From Octopus sinensis (lineage: Eukaryota), in NCBI RefSeq assembly GCF_006345805.1, contig NC_043016.1, forward strand, positions 32,302,001-32,366,000: a DNA stretch of 64,000 nt, read 5' to 3'. The notes under the pieces were generated by a model. That model did not search any database and was not told the origin of the DNA. It saw nothing but the letters and a program-made list of their open reading frames with translations. Both the position numbers and the translations under genes were made by a program. Position 1 is the first letter of the stretch; each line of letters begins with the position of its first letter. Below are positions 24,160-37,534 of this stretch, piece by piece.

Positions 24160-25114
24160 TAGCTCTTTAACATTCGGATTACTCTGTCAAATGTAATTCT
24201 TATTTATTCTCATTGTTTTGAATTAATTCTGCTCATAGCTTTGAGATTTCCATGATGTGATTGTTTAATTCTAGAATTTCATTGTAGGGTAAGTGTGAGA
24301 AGCCAGATCTGGTCAGTTTGAACATAAAACAGATAGACCGCCTGACTGGCCCTCGTGCGGTGGCATGTAAAAAGCACCGACTACACTCTCGGAGTGGTTG
24401 GCATTAGGAAGGGCATCCAGCTGTAGAAACTTTGCCAGATCAGATTGGAGCCTGGTGCAGCCATCTGGTTTGCCAGTCCTCAGTCAAATTGTTCAACCCA
24501 TGCCAGCATGGAAAGCGGACATTAAATGATGATGACAACAACGATGATAACGACGACAACGACGATGAATATCTTGGCTGGTTGTGGCTGGTTTAACTCT
24601 TCAGCATTCTGTCAAATGTAATTCTTATTTATTCCCATTATTTTGAATTAATCATGCTTAATCTCATAGCTTTGGGGTTTCCATGATGTGACTGTTTAGT
24701 TTTAGAATGACATTGTAGAGTAGGTGTAAAAGGCTGGATCTGATTAGTTTGAACAGGTAGAATATTTGGGCTGGTTTAAATGCTAAAATGGAGATGTTTG
24801 TATTTGTGTTATTTGCAGGAAATGTGTTGAGTCAAGCCTGTTTTTTTCTGATACTGTGTAGTGATTGTATTATTGAAGGGGACTCAGTGCTTTGCTGCTG
24901 TTATTAATCCGTCAGCATTCAGATTACTCAATCAAATGTGATTCTTATTTATTCTCATTGTTTTCAGTCAATCATGCATTGAGATTCCAATGAAATGATT
25001 GTTTATTTTTAGAATGACATTGTAGGTTAGGTATGAGAGGCTGGATCTGACCAGTTTGAACATAAAACAGGTAGAATATTTGGGTCAGATGTGTCCAGTT
25101 TAAATACTAAAGGG
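24160..25114 (+). mobile_element. Cluster of three ~210-bp piggyBac-type MITE copies
   Basis: The shared body (GATTACTCTGTCAAATGTAATTCTTATTTATTC...AGAATGACATTGTAG) recurs. The best copy, 24908-25114, lies between TTAA and TTGA and ends AATACTAAAGGG. The first copy is interrupted by an RTE tail at ~24340. Confidence 0.65.
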
Positions 25115-26400
25115 TTGAATACTACAAAACTTCAGCTTCCTTGTCTACAAGAAGTTTCAGTAATCATTCAATGTATAAGCTGCTACACATTTGTTTGACC
25201 TGCTATAAATAGTAACTAGTTCTTCTTCAAATCACACCCTTTTGTTTTAAAAAGGAAACGACACAATGGATATTAGAATCTTAGATATATTATGGCTGAA
25301 AAGAAAAGAATCCCCCCCACACTCACACACACACAACTCACCAAAAAAAAAAATAAATAAAACAACAGGTGATCACAGGTTTGCTCAATTAAGGTTCACC
25401 TGGAGGTTACACCACACAACAACAAGAATTGGTAATTATCTTTTCCAGAAGAAAAAAAAAAAGATCTGAGAAGAAAGGAAATTCAGCCCCAAGCAGAATT
25501 TGAACCTACAGTAACATGAGAGACAAAAACTAAATACAAAACTCTTAATACATTCAGTCTTGCTGACTACTTTCTGCTACAGAGCAATCTTCTTCGTTAC
25601 CTTTCAGATACTATAAAATGTCTGCCATCTTTTTTATTTTACATACAACTCAACGTTATTCACTTCCAATTCATCATGTTTTAGCTTTAATAGAAAATGT
25701 TGCCACACCTATTAACCATTTAAATATGCATTACTTCTTCTCTATTTAATCAACTCTTTTAGCCCTTTTGAAATGTTGCCATGCAGAGAAAAATCACTCT
25801 CTCAATCAGAGGAGCTGAGCAAATCTTTTACCATTTCATTTCAGCAATATCTAATTCCAGAAATATTGATATAAAACTACAACATCTGTTGGAAAATTAG
25901 ATAATTACTACATCAGGTAGCATCTGTCTAACTTCAGTCTCATACAATACCCCCCCCCCCGCCACACTTTTTTCAAACAGTTCAACATGGTTCTTTAATA
26001 ATTCAGGTTAGGCATGGCATATTTAGTTAGGTCTCCAGACTGTGTGTATATGTAAACATGGTATATAATATATAATATATATATATATATATATAATTTC
26101 AACAATTGAGGGTAAAATTAATTAATTAATCAATTTCACCAAGTATTCAGTATGCAAAGGGACCATTTAAGGCGAATTCAAATTATTACATTATATAAAA
26201 GGGCTTAGTAAAATAAATTACTTTGCCGCATACTGAACTCATTAGAAATAGCAGCTAAAAAAACTTTTTTAAAACTATTTCTAATACTTAAAGAAAACCT
26301 CTCTCATATAGTGTTTGCTCAATTCAACTCACGCAAATATATATATATAATAATTATATATATATATATATATAATAAAGGGTAAAATTAGTTGTTTTTT

Positions 26401-27445
26401 TTTTCTTTTCTTGTTTCAGCTTAGAGCTGCGGCCATGCTGATGCACCGCCGTTTTGTGCTACACTGTTATTACGAAGAACCTCATCTAATATGTGGCACT
26501 TGGTGAAGAATGGAGTTTGACATAGCTACTCTCATTTGCACCTCTTGCCGTGAGGTAGGTTCATCTGGGACTCTCGACAGGAAGATGTCCAGCTTTGATT
26601 TAAAAACTGCTACATCTACTTTGTGCAAGTTCCTCAGACCCTTTGGGAGAATATTAAAAAGCTGTGGGCCCTTGAAACCCAGGCTGTTGCAGAAGCTGGT
26701 CCTGAAGCGTGATGGCATTGCTGGGATCTTTGGCACTATGCAGTGTCATCCCGTTCTAGCATTGGTGTAACTTACAATGCCAAAATTTGGCACAATTCCT
26801 TCCAGGATCTTCTAGACATATGTTACTGCATACCTCTCCCATCTTCTCTCTAGGGAGTAGAGTCTTAGCTGTTTCAACCTTTCCCAGTAGCTGAGCTGTT
26901 CCAAAGAGACGATCTTCTTTGTGAGACTTCTCTGGATTGCTTCAAGGTCCGCTGTTAATTTCACACTGGTGGGTGACCATAGCTGTAAGCAGTAATCCAG
27001 GTGGCTGAGGACAAATGTCCGCTAGAGGACCATCATGATTTCCTTATCTCTGGTTCTGAATGTTCTTAGGATCCATCTAGTCAGTCGTCTGCACTTTGTC
27101 GCCATCTCGGTAATGTGCACTTGGAAAGAGGTATCATCACTCATGTCGATACCCAGGTCTCTCACAGACTTAGGCTCTAGGATTGAAATTCCCTGTGGAC
27201 CGGTGTATCCTGTAAGTTTAATATTCAGTTTTGGATGCTGGTAGCACAGGGCCTGGAATTTTTCAGCGTTAAACTGCATATTATTATCCTCAGCCCATCT
27301 GTAGATTGAGTCCAACTCCTGCTGCAGGTGTGCAACATCACTGGGATTCTGTATTTTCTGCAAGACATTCGTATCGTCTGCATAGCTTGCCAGAGTGGCT
27401 ATCTGGGCATTTGAGGGCATATCTGAGAGGGCCACTATAAAAAGC
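26401..27445 (-). mobile_element. CR1/L2-group LINE 3' fragment (RT C-terminal half, disrupted)
   Basis: SYADDT (YADD at 27373-27384), QFNAEK, RDLGI, LDYCLQLWSP and FKSKLDIFL motifs. Stop at 26482, a short 3'UTR with stem-loop tail, and 5' truncation at (TA)n. Confidence 0.9.
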
Positions 27446-27889
27446 ATATATATACATATATATATATATTATATATATATTATATATATATTATATATAT
27501 ATATATACATACATATATATATATATATTATATATATATATATTATATGTAGAAAAATACAAACTGGGACAAGAACGTAAAACATTTAGAAGACAATACA
27601 AAAAACACGGACGGGACATTCGAAGCCTTCAATCTTCAGTCAAGAACCGGATCATCCTAGTAATTTTGGCTGATTAATCTTGAGATCGCTCTGATCTGGC
27701 CAGCCCCAAGGAAAAACTAAGCTACGAGCATTAGATTTCTTGGAAGAAGGATCAAATGTATACGAAACAGGGACAGAAAAACGGACGATGCCACACGAAT
27801 ATAAAATCCAAAAACCAATAATGGTAAAAACAGGACAAAAACAGCAGGTGTCTTACGACTAATAAACAGTGCAACTTAGTTTAGCTGGC

Positions 27890-27936
<47 letters not shown>

Positions 27937-29580
27937 GAAATAAAACAATATATACATATGTACATATATACATATATATATATATGTATATATATATATG
28001 TATATATGTATATAGTGTTTTATTTCGAGATACTCTTTTACTTGTTTCAGTCATTTGACTGTGGCCATGCTGGAGCACCGCCTTTAGTTGAGCAAATCGA
28101 CCCCAGGACTTATTCTTTGTAAGCCTAGTACTTATTCTATCAGTCTCTTTTGCCGAACCGCTACGTTATGGGGATGTAAACACACCACCATCAGTTGTCA
28201 AGCAATGTTGGGGGGACAAATGCAGACTGACGAACATATACACACACATACACACATATATATATACATATATACAACAGGCTTCTTTCAGTTTCTGTGT
28301 ATCAAATCCACTCACAAGGCTTTGGTCAGCCCGAGGCTTTAATAGAAGACACTTGCCCAAGGTGCCTGCCAAATAAGTACACACTATATAATTGTTCTTC
28401 ACTCATATATTACTGTTCTTATTCTAACTCATGTTCATTGTCCAGAAACCTTTCATTACACATCTGTGACCTCTTCAGCAACACTTTTTGTTTTCGTGTG
28501 TGCTCTTTCTCCACTCTATATATGTATGTAGGTATGTATGTATGTATGTATGTATGCATGCATGCATGCATGCATGTATGAATGAATGTATATATGTATG
28601 TGTCTGTGTGTATATGTGTGTGCGTGTGTGTGTGTATAAGACAATGTATAAATAATATTTTCCCTTTATTAAAGTAAATTTGGCTTACAGCTGTTTCGAG
28701 AAGTCATGATAGGTATGTTACTGTGAGTGAGATCACAGCCATGGCTGATGCCAATGTTGCATGTCTGGCCCATTTAAAAGTACTTTAATGCATCAAACAA
28801 TATAAGCTTGAGAAGACCTGTTGAGTCAAGTAAAATGATAGCAGTGGCCAATGCCTCCTCACTGACTCCTGAGCCGGTGGCACATAAAAAGCACTATCCG
28901 AGCATGATTGATGCCAGTGCTCCCTGACTGGCTCCTGTGCCAGTGGCATGTAAAAAGCACTATCTGAATGTGATCGATGCCAGAGTTGCCTGACTGGCTC
29001 CTGTGTTGGTGGCATGTAAAAATCACCCACTACGCTCTCAGAGTGGGTGGCGTTAGGAAGGGCATCCAGCTGTAGAAACATTGCCTGATCAGATCGGAGC
29101 CTGGTACAGCCGCTGCGTTTCCAGACCTCAGTCAAACCATCCAACCCATGCCAGCATGGTAAACGGCTACATACATACATACATACATACATACATACAT
29201 ACATACATACGTACATACATACATACATACATACATACATACATACACATACACACACACACACACACATACATACACACACACACACACATACATACAT
29301 ACGTACATACATACATACATACATACACACATACGCACACACATACATACATTGCCTATAGTAGAAAAGATTATTATTAAAAGGTATAAAGACACCATTA
29401 TCAGCTTAAAGTTCCCTCTGTGGGCAACTAGATGAACAAATGAGCCAGAAATGTACTTATCTTTACATCTTTTAACATAAGTAAGAATTATTTTCTCCGC
29501 GGTAAACTGCAGTGATGTTGGAATATTTCTCAAACATATTTGAACTAACATAAAGTTTGTTGAGTTTTCCATCATTGCTT

Positions 29581-29966
29581 TGTGTTGTGGAAGCACTCCG
29601 TCGGTTACGACGACGAGGGTTCCAGTTGATCCGAATCAACGGAACAGCCTGCTCGTGAAATTAACGTGTAAGTGGCTGAGCACTCCACAGACACGTGTAC
29701 CCTTAACATAGTTCTCGGGGATATTCAGCGTGACACAGAGAGTGACAAGGCCGGCCCTTTGAAATACAGGTACAACAGAAACAGGAAGTGAGAGAAAGTT
29801 GTGGTGAAAGAGTACAGCAGGGATCACCACCATCCCCTGCCGGAGCCTCGTGGAGCTTTAGGTGTTTTCGCTCAATAAACACTTACAATGCCCGGTCTGG
29901 GAATCGAAACCGCGATCCTATGACTGCGAGTCCGCTGCCCTAACCACTGGGCCATTGCGCCTCCGC
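29581..29966 (-). mobile_element. Young full-length tRNA-derived SINE (family C here)
   Basis: A-box TGGCCCAGTGG, B-box GGTTTCGATTCCC, retained CpGs, and a tail GTGGAGTGCTCAGCCACTTACACG...GGAGTGCTTCCACAAC shared with the 48.5-49.5 kb array. Confidence 0.85.
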
Positions 29967-30840
29967 TTTCTGTTACTACTTATGCATATGTGCATGGGTG
30001 TTTGTCTGATGGGTTTTGTTCTTTAGTTTCCTTTACCAAATTCACTTAAAGGCTTTGCTTGGTTGGTCCAAGGCCATAGTAGAAGATACTTGCCTTATGT
30101 GTTACATACAGGAAGTAAATCCAATGCTCCATAGTCGGAAAGGAAGCTTCTTTGTCACATAACCGTTGGAAAATGTTGGCTGAGAGTTAGAGTGAAAATT
30201 TGTAAGTAAAGCATAAAAATAATACGAATGAATACAAATACCCTCTGTCCCTTCATCAATTGTTGAGTAAATGTCATAACGATTTTGACATTGTCTGACT
30301 CTGTGTGTGTGTGTGTGCATGTGTGATATATGAGAGAAAGAAAATGGCATTGATGGGATTCTTTGACCGATTGTACACTGCCTTATTGGTGAGATGCTAT
30401 ACAAAACAGTTGTGAAGGTGCATATCCAGCAATAAAATTATTATTTATATGTATGTATGTATGTCATTGTCCTGTTTTATTTCAAGATTTCTTGCCAAAA
30501 GTGAAAGAGTCGGTTTCTAACCTAGATCCAAGGCTCCTTCATTGGAAGTTCAACATCAACAACAGGGTATTCCTGTTTGTATGTATGTATGTATGTATGT
30601 ATGTATGTGTGTGTGTGTGTGTGTGTGTATGAATGTATGTATGTATGTATATTATTTGATAAGTTTCATTCAGCTCCATGCCTGAAGAGCTAGGTTTGTT
30701 TTATGAGCCCATGAAACTTTAAGTTGTTTGAAGCTGAATTAAATTTGATCCTACTAAATGTGTGAAGTGCCAGTTTCTTTCATTTAGCCACTCACTCATA
30801 TATGTGTGTATGTGTGTCATTATTCACTTTTATTTCAAGA

Positions 30841-31344
30841 CTAGCAGCATAGCCCGGCGTTGCCCGGGTATGTAAGAGGCCCTAGTAGGCAACGACTAAT
30901 CCCAATCTAGTCCTTTCCCTCTAGGGAACGAAGGCGCATGTGTAGGTTGCAATGTCTTCTCTTCACTCGAATACTTCTGTGTATTTTTTCTGATGGTAAG
31001 GTATTGCATGGAAAACTAACATCAGAATTAAGTTTCTTAGGGTAACATTAAGCTTCACCATGAGTTTGGTGAAAATTGATAGCAAGTTGCGAAAACTACA
31101 AGAGAAAATGTGTTGCATGCAAAAAGCTTAGATTCTCGACCCCAGTCGAATTTATCGATTTTTTTCAGAACTGGGGGAACTTTTCAAAATTTTCACTGCG
31201 TTAGTTTTGAATTATGACATTTGGCTATGTGTGTGTCAAGTTTCATCAGAATCGGTTGAAAGCCGTGGTCAGGGTGAGGGTACAACCTGACAGAGACACT
31301 GACAGACACACAGACAGACAAACTGCCGTTTATATAGAGAGGGA
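30841..31344 (-). mobile_element. Non-autonomous Helitron (near-identical to 10452-10949, same flanks)
   Basis: Same termini, hairpin and CAAGA|TTTCTTGCC insertion site. Confidence 0.85.
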
Positions 31345-31939
31345 TTTCTTGCCAATAGAGAAAGAACCGGTTTCTAACCTAGATCCAAGGCTCCTTCATT
31401 GGAAGTTCAACATCAACAACAGGGTATTTCTGTTTGTATGTATATGTGTAGATTTGTTTGTTTTGCTTTATGTATGTCTTCTCATGCATTTATTTGCATA
31501 TCTAGACAGGAAAGTTTTACAGATTTTTACAGTTCCAGTGATGGATTGGATCTTTAGTTTTCAAATTAGCTTTCTTCTTTCTGGTTTTGTGAAGCCTGAT
31601 TTCTCAAGATTGGTATTTAGGTAGTGTGTTACATATCCCAGTGTATTACCAATAATTACAGGTATAAACCTGAACTTGTATGTATATATGTATGTTGGTA
31701 TACAAGGGTTAGATTCAATGATCTAAGTTTAGGAAGTTAGTTAGGATTGAAACAATTGAATGTAATTTGTATTTAATATTTATTTTTTACTATATTATAC
31801 CATATTATCATAAGAATATAATATAATATAATATTATGTTGATAAATTTTAATTTTTGAATTGACAACTGTATATATCCATGTTCTTTTCATTTATATAT
31901 TTATATATATATATATATATATATATTATCATCATCATC

Positions 31940-32385
31940 ATCCGCCTGGCCCCCGTGCCGGTGACACGTTAAAGCACCATCCGTTCGTGGCTGTTTGCCA
32001 GCTCTGTCTGGCCCCCGTGTCGGTGGCACGTAAAAGCACCATCCGTTCGTGTCCGTTGCCAGCCTCGCCTGGACCCTGTGCCGGTGACACGTAAAAGCAC
32101 CATCCATTCGTGGCCGTTTGCCAGCTCTGTCTGGCCCCCGTGTCGGTGGCACGTAAAAGCACCATCCGTTCGTGGCCATTTGCCAGCTGTCTGGCATCTG
32201 TGCGGGTGGCACGTAAAAAGCACCCACTACACTCACGGAGTGGTTGGCGTTAGGAAGGGCATCCAGCCGTAGAAACACTGCCAGATCTGACTGGGCCTGA
32301 TGAAGCCTTCCAGCTTCACAGACCCCAGTTGAACCGTCCAACCCATGCTAGCATGGAAAACGGACGCTAGATGATGATGATGATA
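31940..32385 (+). mobile_element. RTE-LINE 3'UTR-only copy with ~62-bp internal tandem repeats
   Basis: 4-5 units of GTGCCGGTGACACGTAAAAGCACCATCCG..., then the standard RTE end and (GAT)n. Confidence 0.85.
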
Positions 32386-32802
32386 TATCATCATCATCAT
32401 ATATATATATAAAGTGGTTGGCAGTTGGAAGGGCATCCAGGTGTAAAAATCATGCCAAAACTGACCTCACCTGTATGAGTGCCACATAAAAAGCACTCAG
32501 CTTACTCTACAAAGTGGTTGGTGTTAGAAAGGACATCCAGCCTTAAAAACCATGTCAAAACAGACACAAAGGCATAACGCATGCTCCCACCTGGCCAGCT
32601 CCTGTCAAACTGCCCAACCCATACAAGCATGGAAGGAGGATGTTAAACAGTGATGATGATGATGATGATATTTAGATGTTTGTATATTCATGTATGTATT
32701 TGTATACATGCGTATATATATATATATATAATACTATATATATATCTATATATATATATATATATATATTATGTTATAGATATATGTTTATATATATATA
32801 TG

Positions 32803-32834
<32 letters not shown>

Positions 32835-32883
32835 GATGTATATATATATATATATATGTATATATATTATGTATATATATATA

Positions 32884-32918
<35 letters not shown>

Positions 32919-33608
32919 GTGTGTGTGGTATGTGTGTATGTGAACATGTGTATTTGTTATTTATGCATGCTGGTAAAAGCAGCTGTAGCCATTTTTTAAT
33001 AGTAGCTAGTAAATGTGACTAAAATTGAAATCTGTTCTTCAAATATCATCATTTATGATGTTGGAAAACTGGGTGGATAGAATGGAGGTAATAGTTAAAC
33101 CGTTATTTCACAATTGTTATTCGTTTGTTTTTGTTTTTTTTTTTTGTTTTTTTTAGCATTTAACATTTTTCTTTATCTCAAAAAATACAAACAAAAAAAA
33201 AACATAATGGTAATTATTAAAGAACTATCAAATTACTAGAGAATGCAATTCACAAGAATAACAAATGGTTTAATAAAATCATGAATGTAAATGAGCAAAA
33301 AAATGAATAAAAACGTTATAAATTAATAACTAAAAAACTTGTGCAATGACTTCAGGTATATACGCCATTAGCAAATGCAGGTGTATCTCTCTCGAAAAGT
33401 CTTTGAGGCATTTCCATGGTTGATTGTAAGTCTGTGATGCTGATAAACTATGCAGCCTCCCTCAAAAATATCACTTGACACTCCAAGATGTCAACAATGG
33501 CAAAATCTTTGGTGCCATAGGCCTAACAAATCTCTTACAAAACTCAAATGCCCCAAGTTGAAAAATGTTATTATTATTATAATTATTATTATCATTATTA
33601 TTATTGTT

Positions 33609-33647
<39 letters not shown>

Positions 33648-33659
33648 TATTATTATTAT

Positions 33660-33884
33660 TATATATTATCATTATTCAGTAGTTTTATGTTATAGCGTGC
33701 TTTCACTTCACTACCGAGCACAGCTCTGTGTGCCTGGGTATGTGCTGTGATTTGTTGTGATGCTCTGATGGTTATTGTATGGAAAGTGTTCTGCGTAGGA
33801 TGGTGCAGTGCCTAGTAGTGCAATTTTCTGTATGTTATATGTGTTTGTAAGTCCTGGTGTTTTTGTTATGTATTTGTCTGAATA

Positions 33885-33885
<1 letters not shown>
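33660..33885 (-). mobile_element. Dong/R4-like LINE 3' remnant embedded in (TAA)n
   Basis: The minus strand gives NIQKIALLGTA-type terminal residues, and both sides are (TAA)n. Confidence 0.55.
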
Positions 33886-33939
<54 letters not shown>

Positions 33940-34891
33940 CATCATCACAAGACTGGTGAGACTGAATGGGTCTATTCTGAATAAGTTTTTGAAAGCAGGA
34001 GGAAAGAAATTGGAAGAGGACACTTTCCCATGCCTTAGAGATGGCAGAGTAATCTGGGGTTTTTGTGTGGGGTTTACCCCAGATTACCCTAAGTGGACTG
34101 CCCCGCTGTCGGGGATTCCATTTATTTAGTTATTTATTATTTATTTCTCTACTTTCTATTATATATTCTACTCTCTTTTTACTTGTTTCAGTCATTTGAC
34201 TGCTGCCATGCTGGAGCACTGCCTTTAGTTGAGCAAATCGATCCCAGGACTTATTCTTTGTAAGCCTAGTACTTATTCTATCGGTCTCTTTTGCCGAACC
34301 TCGAAGTTACACACCAGCATCGGTTGTCAAGCGATGTTGAGGGGTCAAACACAGACACACAAACATATACACACTCACATACATATATATATATACATAT
34401 ATACGACAGGCTTCTTTTCAGTTTCCGTCAACCAAATCCATTCACAAGGCTTTGGTGAGCCTGGGGCTATAGTAGAGGACACTTGCCCAAGGGGCCACAC
34501 GGTGGGACTGAACCCGGAACCATGTGATTGGCAAGCAAGCTACTTACCACACATCCACTCCTGTGCCTCTCTTATATCCTTTAATGTGGTAGTATCTCCC
34601 CTTGATCGATGTTAACTCCACATGTTTTTGTAATTTTTGTTTTGTTGGTTTTTATTTTGTGTGCTGTAGCTTGTCCTTCAATATTGCCCTGCATGTCTTG
34701 GGCCCTTGTGGCCAATAAAAAAAAATCATTATTATCATTATTATTAGTTAAAATTCCACTGAGATTGACTTTGCCTTTTGTCCTTTCGGGGTAAAAAAAA
34801 TTAAATATCAGTGAAACACTGGGGTTGATATAATCGACTAGTCCCCTCCCACCAAATTTCAGGCCTTGTACTTTAGTAGAATGGATTATTA

Positions 34892-34962
<71 letters not shown>

Positions 34963-34965
34963 GTG

Positions 34966-35300
34966 AAGGCGCATGGCTCAGTGGTTAGAGCGTCGAGCTT
35001 ACGATCGTGAGGTTGTGAGCTCAAATCCCGGACCGGGCTGGGTGTTGTGTTCTTGAGCAAGGCACTTTATTTCACGTTGCTCCAGTTCACTCAGCTGTAG
35101 AAATGAGTTGCGACGTCACTGGTGCCAAGCTGTATCGACCTTTGTCTTTCCCTTGGATAACACTGGTGGCGTGGAGAGGGGGAGGCTGGTACGCATGGGC
35201 GACTGCTGGTCTTCCATAAACAACCGTGCCCGGACTTGTGTCTAGGAGGGTAACTTCTAGGTGCAATCCCATGGTCATTCATGACCGAAGGGGGTCTTTA
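34966..35300 (+). mobile_element. Young tRNA-derived SINE (family B)
   Basis: TGGCTCAGTGGTTAGAGCG A-box, GAGCTCAAATCCC B-box, CpG-rich. Confidence 0.85.
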
Positions 35301-35544
35301 TTATTATTATATTCTAAGGAAGTGAGCTGGCAGAGTCATTAGCTCACTGGACGAAATACTTACTGGTATTTCGTCCATTGCTATGTTCTGAGTTCAAATC
35401 CAGCCGAGGTTGACTTTGAGGCCAATATTAAGCACCAGTGAAACCCTGGGAGTCATTGTAATCAACTTGTCACCCCTCCTCCCAAATTTCAGACCTTGTG
35501 CCTTTAGTAGAAAGGTTTATTATTATTATTATTATTATTATAAT

Positions 35545-35987
35545 TTTATGCTTGACTTTTGTTTTAACATTTGTACAAGTTGGCTCCAAGTCTCACCCAG
35601 AGACCTCAAGAGACAACAAGTTGGAAGTTCATGTTGGTGTTATGCCTAGGGTGCCATATATTTGGTTTTGTACATAGTGTTGTTCTAGAGAATGTTTAAG
35701 AAACCATAAGAAAATTATGTTTGTTTTAAAACTTGAGATTACATAGAAAGTATTTTGCGTAGGATATGAGCAGTCCCCTGATCACTATCTTTTGAATTTC
35801 TGCCATTTTGGGGTTTCCTGGTATCTGAGCTAGGTTACAATCAGCCCCTTTTGCTGTCATTCCTAGGGCACCTATTGTTTTAGTCTTCAGGTTCCACATT
35901 TTGCTAATTTCTATTTCAAGATCTTTATATTTGCTTAGTTTTTGGTAGGTCTTGATAGATACATTTATATCGATTGGGATTTTGATA

Positions 35988-35990
<3 letters not shown>
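35545..35990 (-). mobile_element. Dong/R4-clade LINE 3' end in (TAA)n (second copy ~36645-37085)
   Basis: IPIDINVSIKTYQKLSKYKDLEIEISKMWNLKTKTIGALG...EIQKIV RLE C-terminus, 3'UTR GAGGTCTCTGGGTGAGACTTGG, and (TAA)n on both flanks. Confidence 0.8.
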
Positions 35991-36034
<44 letters not shown>

Positions 36035-37084
36035 TATTATTATATTATTATTATTATTATTATTATTAGTGAAGCGCATGGCTCAGTGGTTAGAGCGTCG
36101 AGCTTACGATCGTGAGGTTGTGAGCTCAAATCCCGGACCGGGCTGGGTGTTGTGTTCTTGAGCAAGGCACTTTATTTCACGTTGCTCCAGTTCACTCAGC
36201 TGTAGAAATGAGTTGCGACGTCACTGGTGCCAAGCTGTATCGACCTTTGTCTTTCCTTGGATAACACTGGTGGCGTGGAGAGGGGGAGGCTGGTACGCAT
36301 GGGCGACTGTGTCTTCCATAAACAACCGTGCCCGGACTTGTGTCTAGGAGGGTAACTTTCTAGGTGCAATCCCATGGTCATTCATGACCGAAGGGGGTCT
36401 TTATTATTCTTATATTCTAAGGAAGTGAGCTGGCAGAGTCATTAGCTCACTGGACGAAATACTTACTGGTATTTCGTCCATTGCTATGTTCTGAGTTCAA
36501 ATCCAGCCGAGGTTGACTTTGAGGCAATAAATTAAGCACCAGTGAAACACTGGGAGTCATTGTAATCAACTTGTCACCTCCTCCCAAATTTCAGACCTTG
36601 TGCCTTTAGTAGAAAGGTTTTATTCTGATTATTATTATTATTATAATTTTATGCTTGACTTTTGTTTTACATTTGTACAAGTTGGCTCCAAGTCTCACCC
36701 AGAGACCTCAAGAGACAACAAGTTGGAAGTTCATGTTGGTGTTATGCCTAGGGTGCCATATATTTGGTTTTGTACATAGTGTTGTTCTAGAGAATGTTTA
36801 AGAAACATAAGAAAATTATGTTGTTTTAAAACTTGAGATTACATAGAAAGTATTTTGCGTAGGTATGAGCAGTCCCCTGATCACTATCTTTTGAATTTCT
36901 GCATTTTGGGGTTTCCTGGTATCTGAGTAGGTTACAATCAGCCCCTTTGCTGTCATTCCTAGGGCACCTATTGTTTTAGTCTTCAGGTTCCACATTTTGC
37001 TAATTTCTATTTCAAGATCTTTATATTTGCTTAGTTTTTGGTAGGTCTTGATAGATACATTTATATCGATTGGGATTATTGATA

Positions 37085-37134
<50 letters not shown>

Positions 37135-37502
37135 GTTATTGTTATTATTATTATATTCTTAATTAATGATTAATATGTGTCACTGTGCTAATACGTGTAA
37201 CTATAGGAATGTACTGTTTTACTGTTGCTAACACTTAAAACAACAACCTTATTCATATTCTTGATTAAGCTGGTGGATTTGTCATACGTGATGTTATTTT
37301 CTGAGCCAGAACACTATGTTTGTAATTAATGTAAACAATATGAAATTCATAGAAATTGTGAATAAATGTATTAATAGGACACAAGGAACATATGCCTCCA
37401 CTGACTGTTCATGTTTCAATGTATATCTGTCTTATATACATTTGTTTCAGTACAGGCATAATAATACACACATGCACGTATATGTGCACATGTCAGTGTT
37501 TG

Positions 37503-37534
<32 letters not shown>

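Larger units (their letters stand above)
34962..37095. repeat. Tandem duplication of ~1.03 kb (34962-35998 / 36068-37095)
   Basis: Both copies contain SINE B, SINE D and a Dong-like end, are bounded by (TAA)n, and differ mostly by 1-bp indels. Confidence 0.9.

Noticed and set aside
26100-26340. TA-flanked repeat with CTAATGA...GAAA on the minus strand
   Set aside because: The core G5 is mutated and 7 unpaired nt separate stem II from GAAA, so it is not a supportable ribozyme.
27605-27650. Hammerhead-like CTGAAGA...TTCGAATGTC on the minus strand (related motif at ~18228)
   Set aside because: It lacks the full GAAA, stem II has no viable loop and there is no stem I pairing, so it is too degenerate to call.
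30342-30386. MALMGFFDRLYTALL followed by gtgaga, resembling an Arf/Arl N-terminus
   Set aside because: It is only 15 residues and no downstream GTPase-motif exon (GLDxxGKT) was found in the window.
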